Assembly: GCA_963844035.1 (NCBI GenBank)
Contig: CAWJMT010000031.1
Span: forward strand, 92,637-156,636
Length of the DNA stretch: 64,000 nucleotides
Direction: 5' to 3'
DNA from: an uncultured Gemmatimonadales bacterium
GTDB lineage: Bacteria > Gemmatimonadota > Gemmatimonadetes > Gemmatimonadales > GWC2-71-9
A program made the translations under genes and the position numbers. Under the pieces are notes generated by a model, which saw nothing but the letters and a program-made list of their open reading frames with translations, did no database searches and was not told where the DNA came from. Positions 9,541-22,626 of the stretch are shown here, in pieces (the stretch's first letter is position 1; every line of letters begins with the position of its first letter).

Positions 9541-12475
9541 GCGACCCGCGCACTGTCGAGCAGCGGCCGGAACTCCGGATCGCAGTCTTTCCACAGCTTG
9601 AGAAAGCGCTCGTAGTGCGTCGCCGCGGCGGGCGTATCGCCGAGCCGCTCGAATAGCTGGGCGCGCCGCAAGTGGGAGGGCGCGGCGTAGATCAGCGCGT
9701 ACCCTGAGAACCCCTCGAATCCGCTGAACAGCGCGAGCGCCTGCCGCGCCTCCCCGTGGGCCGCTTCCAAACCGGCCCGGCGATAGCGTTCGCGCGACCC
9801 CGCCAGGAACGGAGACGAAAAGTGGTACTCGTACCACGTCTCGCCGACCGTCTGCCGCAGCGGGGCCAGCGCCAGTGCGGGCGCGCCCTGCACGATCGCC
9901 GCTTCGGCCCGGATCTCGAGCGCCAGGTCGCGGGGCAGCGTGGCCGCCGCGGATGGGCCGGTCTCGCGCGCCAGCGCGGCCGCATACCGCTCCGCCGCGA
10001 CAAGATCTCCCAGGCGCGCGTTGACCAGCCCCAGCAGGTAGGGACGCAGCAGGTGATGGAACCCGTCGTGCGCGCTGAAATACACCGCGGAGTGGGCGCT
10101 GGGAGGGACGTCGGCGACGGTGAGCCGCTCGAGCGCCCGGCGCGCCTTCTCGAGCACCGGACGCGACGGCTCGAGGAACGGCGTCACCTCGAGCAGCGTG
10201 CCGTACTCGAGCGCACGTACCGAATCCTTCAGAGCCGCGCGCGCGAGCTCGCCCCGGGCCGTGGCCAGCTTCCCCTGCGCCAGGGCGAGGTACGCAAGCG
10301 TCACGTGCCCGGCCGCCTGTGCATCAACTGAGCGAGTCGGGTCGGTCAGGAGGCGGGCAACCGTCTGGGCTCCCTCCAGGTCACCGGCAAATACCGCCAC
10401 GTCCCAGACCGGCAACGTGAGCGTCGCCTCGGACGCGTGCGGGAGCTCGGCCAGGACCTTCCGCTGTGCCTGCACATCGCCGCGCGCGAAGGCGCGCAGC
10501 ACCCGCATCTCGAGCTCGCGATCGCTCGACGGGCTCAGCTTCTCGATCAGACCTACGATCGAGTCCAGGTCGGCGCCGCGGCCTTCCAGCGCCGCGATCC
10601 GCGCGAGGTGCACCAGGGAGCTGACGTACCCAGGATCGAAGTACAGCACCCGTTCGAACGGGCCGCGCGACTCCGCGATCGAGCGTCCCTGCTCCGGGCC
10701 GTAGTGAAACAGCACCTCACCGAGCTGACTCCACGCCTCGATGTCGTCCGGGTAAGTGCCGAGGATCTGGCGGTACAGTCCTTCCGCCTCGGCGACCGCG
10801 CCGCGGCGCGTCGCCAGCAGCGCCCGCAACAGCAGGCGGTCGTGATCGGTAAGCCGGGCGCTATGGCGCACCGCCTGCTCCGCGGTGCGCGCGATAAACG
10901 ACCCCGAGAGCGTGGCCCACTCGGACGCGACGCTGAGGCGGTAATAGGCGAGCGCGAATACGGTATCGAGGCTCACCGCCCGCTCGAACGCCGTGACCGC
11001 GGAGTCGGCCCGGCCGGCGCGGAACGCCGCTTCGCCGTCCAGATAGGCCTTGTACGCCGCGAGCGACGACGTCGTCACCGACGCGACCAGCGTGACCCGG
11101 CCCGTGGGACCGCGCGTGGTTCCGGCGAGCAGCTGCGTCGCCAGCGCATCCACCAGCGAGAACACCTGTCCGCCGCTCCCGTCCACTGTGCCGCGCGCGA
11201 GCGGTACGGCGCGATGATCGCGATCGAACAGCGACGCGGTGATCTGCACGCGTCCAGCCGCCTCGACCACGTCGCCGAGCACGTACAGCCCGGCCCCGAG
11301 CCGCTCCGGCGACCTCGGCCGCGCTGGCCGGGTCGAGCAGCCCGGACCCGCGGCGTTGCACCACGCTGAACACGGCATGCGGATCCACGGCGCGCAGCGC
11401 CCCCGCTCCGTCGAGACTGGTGCTCAACAGGCTCACCAGCCCTTCGCCCATGTACGTCACGTCGCCGCTGCCGCGCACCGCGAACGGCAGCACGGCCACG
11501 AGCGTCGGCGATCCGGCGCCGGGCGCGCGCCCGCGCCACTGCGTCCACCCGGCGACGAGCCCGCCCGCCACGAGCAGCGCCGCCACCGCCGTGCGCCAGC
11601 GGGGCGCGCCCCAAGCCCGCGGCGCCGCCGCCCCGCCGGTCGACGCGCCTTCGATCACGCGTTTCAGGTCGTCCGCCGACTGCCAGCGGTCCGCCGGGTC
11701 CTTTTCCAGACAGCGCATCACGCTCGACGCCAGCAGCGCCGGCACCTCGGGGCGGAGGCGCGCGACCGACTCGGGACGATTCATCACCTGTGCCGCGAGC
11801 ACCCGCTGCACGCCCCCGCTGAACGGGGGCCGGCCGCCGAGCATCTCGTAGGCCAGGACGCCCGCGGCGTAGACATCGGAGCGATGATCGACGGTGGGGT
11901 CACCGGACGCCTGCTCCGGCGCCATGTACGCGGGTGTCCCGAGCGCGATCCCAGCGGAGGTGAGGTTCCCTTCCCCTGTCGCCTGCGTCAGTGCTTTGGC
12001 CACCCCGAAGTCCAGCACCAGCGCGTGATCATCGACGAGCAACACGTTCTCCGGCTTGATGTCGCGATGCACGACGCCCCGCCGGTGCGCGTACGACAGC
12101 GCATCCAGCACGTCGCGCAGCACGCGCATCGCATCGGGGACTTTCAGCTGGCCGTCGCGGGAGAGCCGCGCGCGCAGCGTTTCGCCGTCGATGAACGGCA
12201 TCGTGTAGTACAGCAGGCCGTCCGCTTCGCCGGCCGTCAGCAGCGGCACGATGTGGGGGTGCTGTAGCGACGCCGCGAGCTGCACTTCGCGGCGGAACCG
12301 CTCAACGCTCAGTGCGGCGGCGAGATCGGGCGGCAGCACCTTGACCGCCACGCGCCGCTCGAGCCCGCGCTCGAGCGCGACAAACACGCGGCTCATCCCG
12401 CCCCCGCCCAGCTCCCGCTCGACCGTGTAACGGTCGCCCAGATGCTGTCTGCAAGCGCTGGAGGAGATCGGTCAT
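9513..12475 (-). CDS. Ser/Thr protein kinase with TM, TolB_N-like (AVLPF) region and TPR repeats, frameshifted
   Basis: GGMSRVF, VAVKVL, HRDIKPEN, DFG, GTPAYMAPEQ; C-terminal TPRs ending YERFLKLWKDCDPE. Confidence 0.92.
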
Positions 12476-12528
12476 GGAGGGAGATAAGATACTGCGGACG
12501 CGAGACGTCAGACATCAGACATCTCCTA

Positions 12529-15017
12529 TCACCATCCCGCCTGCACCGCCAGCATGATCGTCCTGCCCGGCAACACCGTGACGTTGTCCGGCTCACCGGT
12601 CTGCACGTTCAGAAGGTTGTCGCCCCGTGCCGTGAGCGTGAGGCGGGGACCCAACGTCCAGGACGCCGTCGCCCGCAGGTGCGTGACGCCAGGATAGGTC
12701 ACCCAGTAGGACCGCAGTGCGGGTCCGACCAGATCACCACCGTTCCCGGCCTGGAAAGCCTGCGCGAGTGCCAGGCGGTCGTAGTAAATCCAGTCCTCGG
12801 CGCGGTACGCGGTCACCGAGCTCGCCCAGCGTGCTCCCGACCACGCCGCCGTAAGACTCATCATGCGCGCCGGGACCTGGAGCATACGGTCCCCCGGCGC
12901 GAGGTCCCCGGTGTAGCCGGTGGCGAGCTGGTGCACCCGGCTGTCCACCAACGAAAAAGTCCCAATGACGGAGAGACGGCCGCGCCCGAGCGCGCCTTGA
13001 AGCTCCCAGCCGCTGTTCCCGATCTCACCGACGTTCTGAAATTCATAGCCGATGCGGCGGCCTGGCGCCCGCCTCCGCCTCCTGGCCCTGGTCCACCGCC
13101 GCTCGAGTCCCCGGGGACGCTGACCCACTGAATCAGGCCCGACGCCGTCTGGTCGAAGCGCGTGACTTGAAGCGTCAGCGCGCGGCCGACGAGCAGATCG
13201 AAACCCCCTTCAACACCGGACTGCCGCTCCGGAGTGAGCCCGCCAGTGAGAGTCCCAGGACGAACCTCGGCGACAAATGCCTGGCGTGGCGTCGTCTGGG
13301 GCCAACGTATGCCGTCGCCGTAGGCGGCCCGCAGCTTGAGAGTGGCAGCGCCGCGCGAGATGGCCCACGCTCCCCCCACCATCGGGATCGTCGTGGTCCC
13401 GGCTGCGGTCGCGCCCTCGAACCGCAGGCCGCCGCTCACAAACAAGCGTTTGAGCAGCGTGGCGGTCGCCAGCGCGCTTACGCCGCTGGTACTGCGCCAC
13501 TGCGCCTCGTTGGGGCGCTGGCCCTCGGCCAACGGCGCCGAGTGGGCAACCGTGATTTGGCGCAACACCGACTGCTCGGCGAGGACCGTCAGGTCCGCGG
13601 AGGCACGTGCGCCCAGCCCGACGCGCGCGCTGCTGCTCAGGCGCAGTGTCCCGCGGGTGGCGTCGCCACGCGCGGCGCGCAACGCGGAGTCCGCCGCCGC
13701 GGGGATCGGTGTCCGATCGTCCGGCACGCCGTCGAGCGAATAGCCGTCGATCCCGGCAACGATGGTGTGGGTCCAGCGATCGTCGGGCACGCTCTTGTAC
13801 GTGCCGCCGACCGTGTATTCGACCACCGACTGCGTCCCCGGCGCGCGTTGGAGCGCTGCCGGGCCTCCTGAATCGGCCAGGGAAAGTGAATCGATGAGGA
13901 TCGGACTCAGGGGCGATGCGGCGCGCGCGGCGTACAATCGCCCGGTACCGGTGACGATGCTGTGCGCGGCTACGCTGCGAGCGCTGCCGGCGACATCGAG
14001 TCGGCGGGCATAGGCACCCGGGATGAATGCTCCGTCACTTTCGCCAACCACGGTGAGACCTGCCGACTGGGTGTTCGTACCCGACCGCAGCGCGAGCCGG
14101 TAGCTCTGGGCCAGCACCGGATCGGTGGAGAAGTCGCTCGACGAGAGACCCAGCCCGGTCTCGAACCGGACTCGCGACCCGGTGCCATCCGGCGCCCCGA
14201 TGCGGGTGATGATGTTCGTGACGCCACTGATCGCGTCTGCGCCGTACAGGGCCGCGCCCTGCGGACCGCGGATGACTTCGACGCGCTCGATGGCGTCAGG
14301 GTCAATGTGGGTGAGGAGCAGCGGGTTGGCGACTTCGATGCCATCGATGTAGACCTTGGGATAGCTCAATCCGAACGAGCTCGCGCCGCGGATGCTGCCG
14401 TATCCGGCGACCAGGTTCGATGGCGACTGCTCCCAGAGCCAGATCCCCGGCACGGCGGCGTTGATTCCCTGACTCATCGTGCCCACCGAGCGGGCCGCGA
14501 GATCCCGCCCATCCATGACATCGATCGCGACGGGCAGGGGCCGTTGGGCGGCGCCCGACGCGCTGCCGGTGACAACGATGCGGTCGAGGACGATCGGTGA
14601 GTCGCTATCGGGCGGCATGTCGGACCGGGGCGGCGCCAGTACCACATGATCTGCCCCCGCAATCACCGGGGTGACCGTCGCGCCCTCGAGCACCCGGGCC
14701 AGCGCTTCGCCGAGCGGGACGGAGTCGAGGGTGACGCACACGGCGCGGTCCAGGGGAAGGGACTCGGGACTGTACGACAGACGCACCTTCCCCACTGCGG
14801 CCAGCCGGTCGAGCGCTTCGCGCAGCGAGATGTCCCGGACGTGAAAGGTGACGATGCGATCGAGCGGCGGCTCCCAACCGGTGGAGACCGCGAGGGCGCG
14901 GGCGGCCGTGACGCACGTCGGTGCGCCGCTCGCCGCCGCCGGGGCTCCGAGCCAGAGGACGCCGAGCGCAAACAGGAGCGAGCAGAGCGCCGACCGTGAG
15001 CCGGCGGCGGCGCTCAC
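12529..15017 (-). CDS. TonB-dependent receptor with N-terminal STN-like signalling domain (frameshift near 13055)
   Basis: ISLREALDRLA STN-like segment; IVVTGS; IERVEVIRGPQGAALYGADAISGV plug; NLLN...GRT...GW C-terminus. Confidence 0.9.
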
Positions 15018-16092
15018 CGGCGCGGGACGTGCCTCGGCGTTGCGTGGATCACGGCGGTATCTCCCCCGGCGCGTAGCTCGATGGTCACCCCGAGCGCGAG
15101 CGCGATGACGTCCAGGACCTGCTTTGCGGACTCGCCCGCGAACGATGCCGTCAGGTGCCGGCTCGCGACGGTCGAATCGTCGATCTGCAGCTCGATGCCG
15201 TACCAGCGGCGCAGCTCGGCACGCACCCGTTCGAGCGTCGCATCGGTAAACACCAGGCGGCCCTGCGTCCACGCGAGGTCCTCCTCGGTCGCGACGCCGC
15301 GGTCGGCCAGCACCCGACCGTCGGTATGTAGCGTACCCCGGTCGCCGCGCTCGAGCAGCACCCCGCGATCGGCCGGCGCGTTCGCGCTGCGCAGCAGAAC
15401 GGCACCCGACATCACGACGACGTGCACGGCATCGGCTGGATCGCTGCGCACGGTAAACGTGGTGCCAACGTCGGAGATCGTGGCGGAGCCGGCTCGCACA
15501 TGGAACGGCTGCCGCTCGTCGTGGCGCACCTCAAACAGCGCCTGGCCCAGGAGCTCCACGTCGCGGCGCCCATCACCGTAATGCGCCGCGACGCGTCAGC
15601 TCGCTCCCCGGCCCGAGCAGCACCCGGGTCCCGTCTCGCAGCACGAGGGAGTCGCTCCGTCCCACCGGCGACCGATAGGTCTGCGCGGCAAGGTTGGTCG
15701 AGCCGCCGCTCATCGCGCGCCACAACAGCGGCGCCGCCGATCAGCAGCGCGACCGTGGCCGCCGCCGGAAGCGCGAGTCTCCGCCACGGAGTCCAGACCG
15801 TGTCCCGGAAGCGGGAGGACGCATCCGGCGCCGGGAGCGCATCGCGCCGCGCGGACACCTGCCGCAAGGCGGCCTCGACGTCCAAGTCGCGTGGCGGGGT
15901 GAACGCGAGTCGCCCCGTGGTGCGCGCCAGGACGGCCATCAGCTCCGCTCGGTTGGGATCGCGCGCCAGCCATTGACGCACCGCATTCAGCTCGGCGGGT
16001 GGACATTCGTCCGCGATGTAGCGCGCGAGCACCTCCCAGGAGGGAGGAGACGATTCGAACGGGGCGGGACCGTTTGCGGGTTCGTGGGGCAT
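15014..16092 (-). CDS. FecR-family anti-sigma factor (frameshifts)
   Basis: LARYIADEC...WL N-terminus, TM, VELLGQALFEV, DVGTTFTV, AWTQGRLVF, LRRWYG. Confidence 0.88.
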
Positions 16093-16102
16093 ATCAATAC
16101 TC

Positions 16103-16128
16103 AGACACGCGAGACGGGCGATCCCCTA
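16103..16128 (-). promoter_or_regulatory. Putative ECF promoter TAGGGG-N12-GCGTGTCT
   Basis: Same motif recurs at 16772-16798 on the + strand. Confidence 0.6.
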
Positions 16129-16205
16129 TCCTCGTTGCCGGGCACCGCACCCACGGGTACTTTGACCGATCCCCATACCGTCATGCCGCGCAGAGCGTTA
16201 GATCC

Positions 16206-16754
16206 TTGGACGATAGCGAGATCCTACAGCGGTTTCGCGCCCGGGACGAGGGTGCCTTCGACACCGTATTCCGGGCCTACTACGCCCAGCTCGTCGGGAT
16301 CGGCGTGGGGCTGCTGGGGGAACGCGCCGCCGCCGAAGACGTCGCGCAGGACGTACTGCTCGAGCTGTGGCGCCGGCGGGAAAATATAGTGCTCGAAACG
16401 TCCCTCCGCGCTTACCTCATCCGGGCCACCCGCAACCGCGCGCTGAACCAGCTTCGTCACGAGCGCGTGGCCCGCGCGGCCGATCCCGAAGCGCTGGAGC
16501 GGGTCGAAGCACCCGTGGCCGATCGGGACCTGATCGAGCAGGAAATGGACGCCGCGATGCGGCGCACCGTGAGCGAGCTTCCCGCACGGTGCCGCGAGGT
16601 GTTCGAGCTGAGCCGCGTCCACGGGCTCCCGTACGCGGAGATCGCACAGGTGCTCCAGATCTCCATCAAGACCGTGGAAGCGCACATGGGTAAGGCGCTG
16701 CGCGCGCTGCGGGAGGGGCTCGCTCCCTGGATTCGGGACGGCGGCGGGATTTAG
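16206..16754 (+). CDS. ECF RNA polymerase sigma-70 factor
   Basis: AEDVAQDVLLELW, YLIRATRNRALN, LPARCREVFELSR, YAEIA..L.ISIKTVEAHM. Confidence 0.92.
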   Translation: MDDSEILQRFRARDEGAFDTVFRAYYAQLVGIGVGLLGERAAAEDVAQDVLLELWRRRENIVLETSLRAYLIRATRNRALNQLRHERVARAADPEALERVEAPVADRDLIEQEMDAAMRRTVSELPARCREVFELSRVHGLPYAEIAQVLQISIKTVEAHMGKALRALREGLAPWIRDGGGI

Positions 16755-16771
16755 GGTCGCACTCAGCAACG

Positions 16772-16798
16772 TAGGGGTGCCGGACGCTTGGCGTGTCT
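16772..16798 (+). promoter_or_regulatory. Putative ECF promoter TAGGGG-N13-GCGTGTCT
   Basis: Matches the motif upstream of the FecR gene. Confidence 0.6.
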
Positions 16799-16865
16799 CT
16801 AGGATTGACGTCGGCGGGCTGGTCGAACGGTTCGCCCCCCCCGGCCACACACGGAGGACCTGTTC

Positions 16866-17836
16866 ATGAAACGCACGATCTCCCTCGCAGCAGTCCTCGC
16901 CTTGGGCCTAGTCGCATGTATGGATTTCGGGGCGCCGTCCGGGTCGTCGCTCTCGAGTGCCTTTTCGTCGCTGCCCCTCGGCTTCCAGTTCGTGCCAAGT
17001 ACGTTTGCCGGCGGCTCGGCCGCCGATTCGAACGGCTGGGCACCTGGGGACGGCCAGGGCTTTGGACGATTCGGTGAGGGCGAAGGCCACGGTGGGCCCG
17101 GCATGCCGGGGCGCGGTGGGCCTGGCGACGGGTCGATGATGTGCGGCGGCATGGGCGGCGCATTTCACGGCGACGGGAAGGGCTTCGGATTCGGGCCCGG
17201 GTTCGACCGCGGGCTGTTCGGAGGCATCTTCGCGGGCACTTCGCTCCCCGGCACCTGCGCGTACGACGCGGGCTCGGGGCGCGTGGTATGCGATCCGGCC
17301 ACGCACAACGGCCTCACCATCGTGCGCTCGGCTGCCTACACGGACGCGGGCGGCAACGCCCAGACGGCGTTCGACAGCCTGACCACGAACGCGATCAACA
17401 TCCGCGTGCGCGGTGAGCGGCACGCGGGTACGCCGGGATAACGACACGAGCGTCGTCGAGCACCACAGCGACCGCACGGTCACGGGGCTCGCGCCCGGGA
17501 GCACGCAGCGCACCGTGAACGGCACGTCGGCGGGAACGGAGAACATCACCGGCTCGAACACGACCGGCGCCTTCACCGCCCTGCGCACCATCGGCGACAC
17601 GATCACGGGCGTCATCATCCCGGTCGTCGTCGACCGGCAAGCCGTTCCCGACGGCAGGAACGGTGATTCGGTCAGCGCAAGTCACGGTCACCTACGCGGG
17701 ACAGACACCCACCACCTCCTCGCGCCGTGAAGTCATCACGTACAGCGGGTCGGGCAACGCGACCGTCACGATCACCCGGGACGGCGTGACGCAGACCTGC
17801 ACCCTCGCGCCGCAAGCGATGCCGGTGTGCCAGTAG
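16866..17836 (+). CDS. Gly/Thr-rich lipoprotein of unknown function (frameshifts)
   Basis: GGAGG RBS, MKRTISLAAVLALGLVAC lipobox, beta-rich Thr-rich C-terminal half. Confidence 0.7.
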
Positions 17837-18546
17837 TCGCTTCCCTCACACGGCGCGAGCTGCTGGCCCGCACCGCGAGCGTGGTGGTGTCCCAGGCGCT
17901 GTTCGGGTGCGGCGACGACACGATCGCAGCGGCCAGCGCAAGCGGAGCCTGTGTGCTGACCGCCGCGCTGACCGAGGGTCCCTTCTTCGTAGACGAAATG
18001 CTCAACCGGTCGGACATCCGGAGCGATCCGACAAGCGGCGTGGTATCCGCGGCGTGCCCCTGCTCCTCACCTTCAATGTGTTCCGGGTGGCGAGCGGCGG
18101 GTGCACACCGCTCACCGGGGCCTACATCGATGTCTGGCATTGCGACTCGGGAGGCGCGTACTCGGATGTCTCGGGTGCGGGCAGCGGACAGCGCTTCCTG
18201 CGGGGCTATCAGATGACCGACGCCGAATGGTATCGCCCGGTTCACGACGGTGTATCCCGGCTGGTACCAGGGGCGCGCCGTGCACATCCACTTCAAGCTG
18301 CGGCTGTTCGCCGGCGCGACCAAGACCTACGAGTTCACGTCGCAGTTCTTTTTCGAGGATTCACTCACGGACACGGTGTACGGGCAGAGCCCGTACAGCT
18401 CCCGCGGGACGCGGAGCACGCGCAATTCGTCAGACGGGATCTACGACTCGCTCTCGAACGCGGCGAAGGGCGCGCTGACGCTGCAGACCACGGTTGACGG
18501 CAGCGGCTACGCCGGCGTGATCAATCTGGATGTGAATGTGGGATGA
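17827..18546 (+). CDS. Intradiol ring-cleavage dioxygenase-like protein with Tat/lipoprotein signal (frameshifts)
   Basis: TRRELL...FGC; TEGPFF, DVWHCD..G.YS, FLRGYQ, YPGWYQGRAVHIHFK. Confidence 0.88.
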
Positions 18547-18548
18547 GA

Positions 18549-18620
18549 CAGGTGTCAGGTGTCAGGTGCCAGGTGTCAGGTGAACGATCCTAGCACCTGA
18601 CACCCGACACCTGACACCTG
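18549..18620. repeat. Hairpin built of CAGGTGT heptamer repeats; likely bidirectional terminator
   Basis: About 5 copies of CAGGTGT, an 11-nt loop, then about 4 inverted copies, between convergent genes. Confidence 0.85.
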
Positions 18621-18627
18621 CTTCACG

Positions 18628-19940
<1,313 letters not shown>

Positions 19941-19941
<1 letters not shown>

Positions 19942-20336
19942 CAGTCGAACAGCTCGTTTTGGGCGACGGTCTCGGTCGCCTGCGGGGACCGCAGGATTTC
20001 CCCCAGGCGCTGCTCCCAGCGGTCGATGTCGAAATGGTGCTCATGGAGCAGGGCCCGCCGCAGCACCGGGGACAGCTCGTGGAACGCGCCGAGCAGCTCG
20101 GTGATCGCTTCGCGTAACGCCTGCGCCTGGAACCCGGACTCCGTGGCGCCCATGTCCTCGAGGATGCTCTGCTCGGTGCGCGACGCGACGATCGCCTCCG
20201 CGCGCCCGTGGACGAACACGTTGGTGCGGCGTTTGGGCCCGCGATCGTCCTCGATCGGCATCAGGCCGACGATGCCGTCCGACCGCCAGTACTTGCCGTA
20301 GCCGAGAAAGACCATGCGGTCGTGCTTGATTTCCAT
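19941..20336 (-). CDS. Hypothetical protein, possibly RemA/DUF370-like N-terminal domain
   Basis: GGAGG RBS; MVFLGYGKY...IVGL...RRTNVFV...IVAS. Confidence 0.65.
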
Positions 20337-20422
20337 CGTGCCTCCAGAGCGCCGCGCGCCGTCCGCTGCCCGTGCCTCTCCGTACGCGTCGCGGAACCAG
20401 CCCATCACACGTTCGACGACGC

Positions 20423-21416
20423 TCACGGGTTCCGCCGCGCAAAGATGTCGTCGAGCACCACCTTGTCGATCTTCCCATCCATGCGCACGCGCACGTCGTA
20501 GTTCTCCCAGTACATGAAGTTCGCGAGCGCGTTCAAGAATTTCGGGTTCGCCACGCCCTGAGGCGCGTCGAGCCACTTCTCAGGCTGATTGAGCGGCTCG
20601 CGCAGCAGGATCGGCTCGAGCCGCTTCACGATGGCCGGCGTGATGGGAAGCAGGTCCTCGGGCCGGCTCGTGAAGAAATAGAGCCGGTGCAGCTGGTAGA
20701 GGCGGGACAGCTCGCGCAGCGGATTGGTGTCGTCGTACACCCGGATGTCGATGTAGCGGTCGTTCAGGCCGAGGTAGCCCGCCGTTCGGGCGCACCACCA
20801 GTAGCGCGGCGGACTCCATTCCGCGCTTATCCCCGCCGCCCGCCTGTCCCGCCACAAGCGCCGCCATCAGGCGGTCCGCGAGCGCGCCGGGCGTGCGCTG
20901 GAACGCCTCCGCCATGTTCTTCACGGTCTGGTCCGACACCATGATGTTCGCCTGCGCGGCGAAATATTTGCCGGCGATCAGGGCGCCCTTCCCGCCTGCC
21001 CGCCCTCCCGCCTGCCCGCCTACTCTCCCTCCCGCCCAATCAAAGCACGAGTCTCCCGTCCAGCTCGCCGCGTTGCCCCGGGCGTCCACCATCCCCACCT
21101 GGCGTTGCGCCGGCCGCGGATCGCCGCGCATCACGATCGCCATCACCTCCGGGGCGGTGGCGCCGCGCGCCATGAGATCGAGACCCTTTTCGCCGTAGTC
21201 GGTGTTGCCGAGTGACTGGGTGGCGACCGCCCCGACGCCCGATCGGGCCCAGGGGACAATGCCGCCGACGTTGGGGAATTTCGACTGCACCGCGACGCCC
21301 AGGTCGCCGGTGGCGGAATCGTAGGCGACGATGCTGTAGGTGTGCGCGCGCTTGAGCAGATCCGGCGGGCGGGCGGACGGGTGCTGCACCATGAGTGCGG
21401 CGAGCAGGATGAGCAC
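20423..21416 (-). CDS. DUF1028 (Ntn-hydrolase-like) secreted protein (frameshift near 20780)
   Basis: HTYSIVAYD..TGDLGVAVQSKF, GAVATQS, GGDKRGMESAALLVV, DIRVYD. Confidence 0.9.
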
Positions 21417-21418
21417 CG

Positions 21419-21988
21419 CTACTCCTTCTTCACACGCTCTTTGAGATCCTTCAGCTGTCGCTCCGCAGCCGCGTCCCGCGCCTTGGCGTCCAGGTCGGCC
21501 CGCAGCAAGTCCCCCTGGAGGTCGGTCCCGGGACGCTCGCCCCCGCCCGCCTGTCGCAGATCGCTCCACGCCCGCGCCGCACTGCGCTCGGCTTCGGTCG
21601 CGGGCTGATCGCGCTCGGCACGACCCAGGTCGGCCCGCATCTCCGCGCGATCGCGCTCCGCCAGCGCCAGCTCGTCGCGCTGCGCCGCGAGCTTCCGCTC
21701 GAGCACGCCCACGCGCTCGCGATGCTTGGCCGCGAACCGCTGGGCGACGTCCACCGTCTCGGCATCCTGGATCTCTGCGGCGAGGCGGCCGCGCCGCTCC
21801 GCGTCGGCCAGCCGCTGCCGCTCCGCCGCGAGCTCGCGCTCCGTGCGCAGCGCCCCCTCGCGCATCTCCTGCACCGCCGCTCCGGCTTCGATCACCGCCT
21901 CGCGCATGCGGCGCGCCAGCTCGCGCAAGTCCCCCGGTGACGCCGCGTCCAGGGCGGCGCGCATTGCTTCGCGCAGACGATCGAACAC
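21419..21988 (-). CDS. PspA/IM30-like coiled-coil protein
   Basis: FDRLREAM start, long heptad helix, AERRGRLA.EI.D.ET, terminal L..LK.R.KK. Confidence 0.6.
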   Translation of the reverse strand: MFDRLREAMRAALDAASPGDLRELARRMREAVIEAGAAVQEMREGALRTERELAAERQRLADAERRGRLAAEIQDAETVDVAQRFAAKHRERVGVLERKLAAQRDELALAERDRAEMRADLGRAERDQPATEAERSAARAWSDLRQAGGGERPGTDLQGDLLRADLDAKARDAAAERQLKDLKERVKKE

Positions 21989-22107
21989 GTGCTGGCTCCC
22001 TCCGACGCGCCGGTCCCGGTCGCAAGTCTTCGTAACGCCGTCAACGCTATCCCCGGCGTTTGGGGGGGTCAAGTTGACGCCGCGAGCTTGAGTCACAGAT
22101 TGGCGTC

Positions 22108-22626
22108 ATGCGCGCACGTCGGTGGAACGCGATCGCCGCAGGTTTGGGCGCCGCGCTGGCCTGCAACGGAGGTCTGCAACCGACTCCGGCGCCGACGAGC
22201 TGCCCCACCGGGTTCGTCGGGATCTGCGGCACCGTGACGTTCCGCGGAGCGATCCCCGACAGCACCGCGGGCGTCTACATCGTCGCCTACGCGCACTTCC
22301 CTCAACAGGTGAGCGATCTGCTCACCTTCATCCCGTTCCCGCCATCACCACTCCCGCTGCCGGGCGACTCGACAACGTTCTACATGGTGCCACTCCCCAA
22401 CGGGCGCTACGAGTGGGTCGTTGCCGCCTGGCGGAAGCAGGGCACGTTCAATCCCAGCGGCAGCAACGCGGATTCGCTGTTCCGCGAAGCCGGGTTCTAT
22501 CACGACGGCGCCGACACCACCACGCACGGCTCCGGCATCGTGGTGGTGAACGGTACCGGCACCGACTCGATCGATATCGTGGTCGACTTCGACAACATGC
22601 ATCGGATCTCGGACTACTTCCCGTGA
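22108..22626 (+). CDS. Hypothetical lipoprotein
   Basis: GAALAC lipobox; overlaps start of the receptor gene. Confidence 0.7.
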   Translation: MRARRWNAIAAGLGAALACNGGLQPTPAPTSCPTGFVGICGTVTFRGAIPDSTAGVYIVAYAHFPQQVSDLLTFIPFPPSPLPLPGDSTTFYMVPLPNGRYEWVVAAWRKQGTFNPSGSNADSLFREAGFYHDGADTTTHGSGIVVVNGTGTDSIDIVVDFDNMHRISDYFP

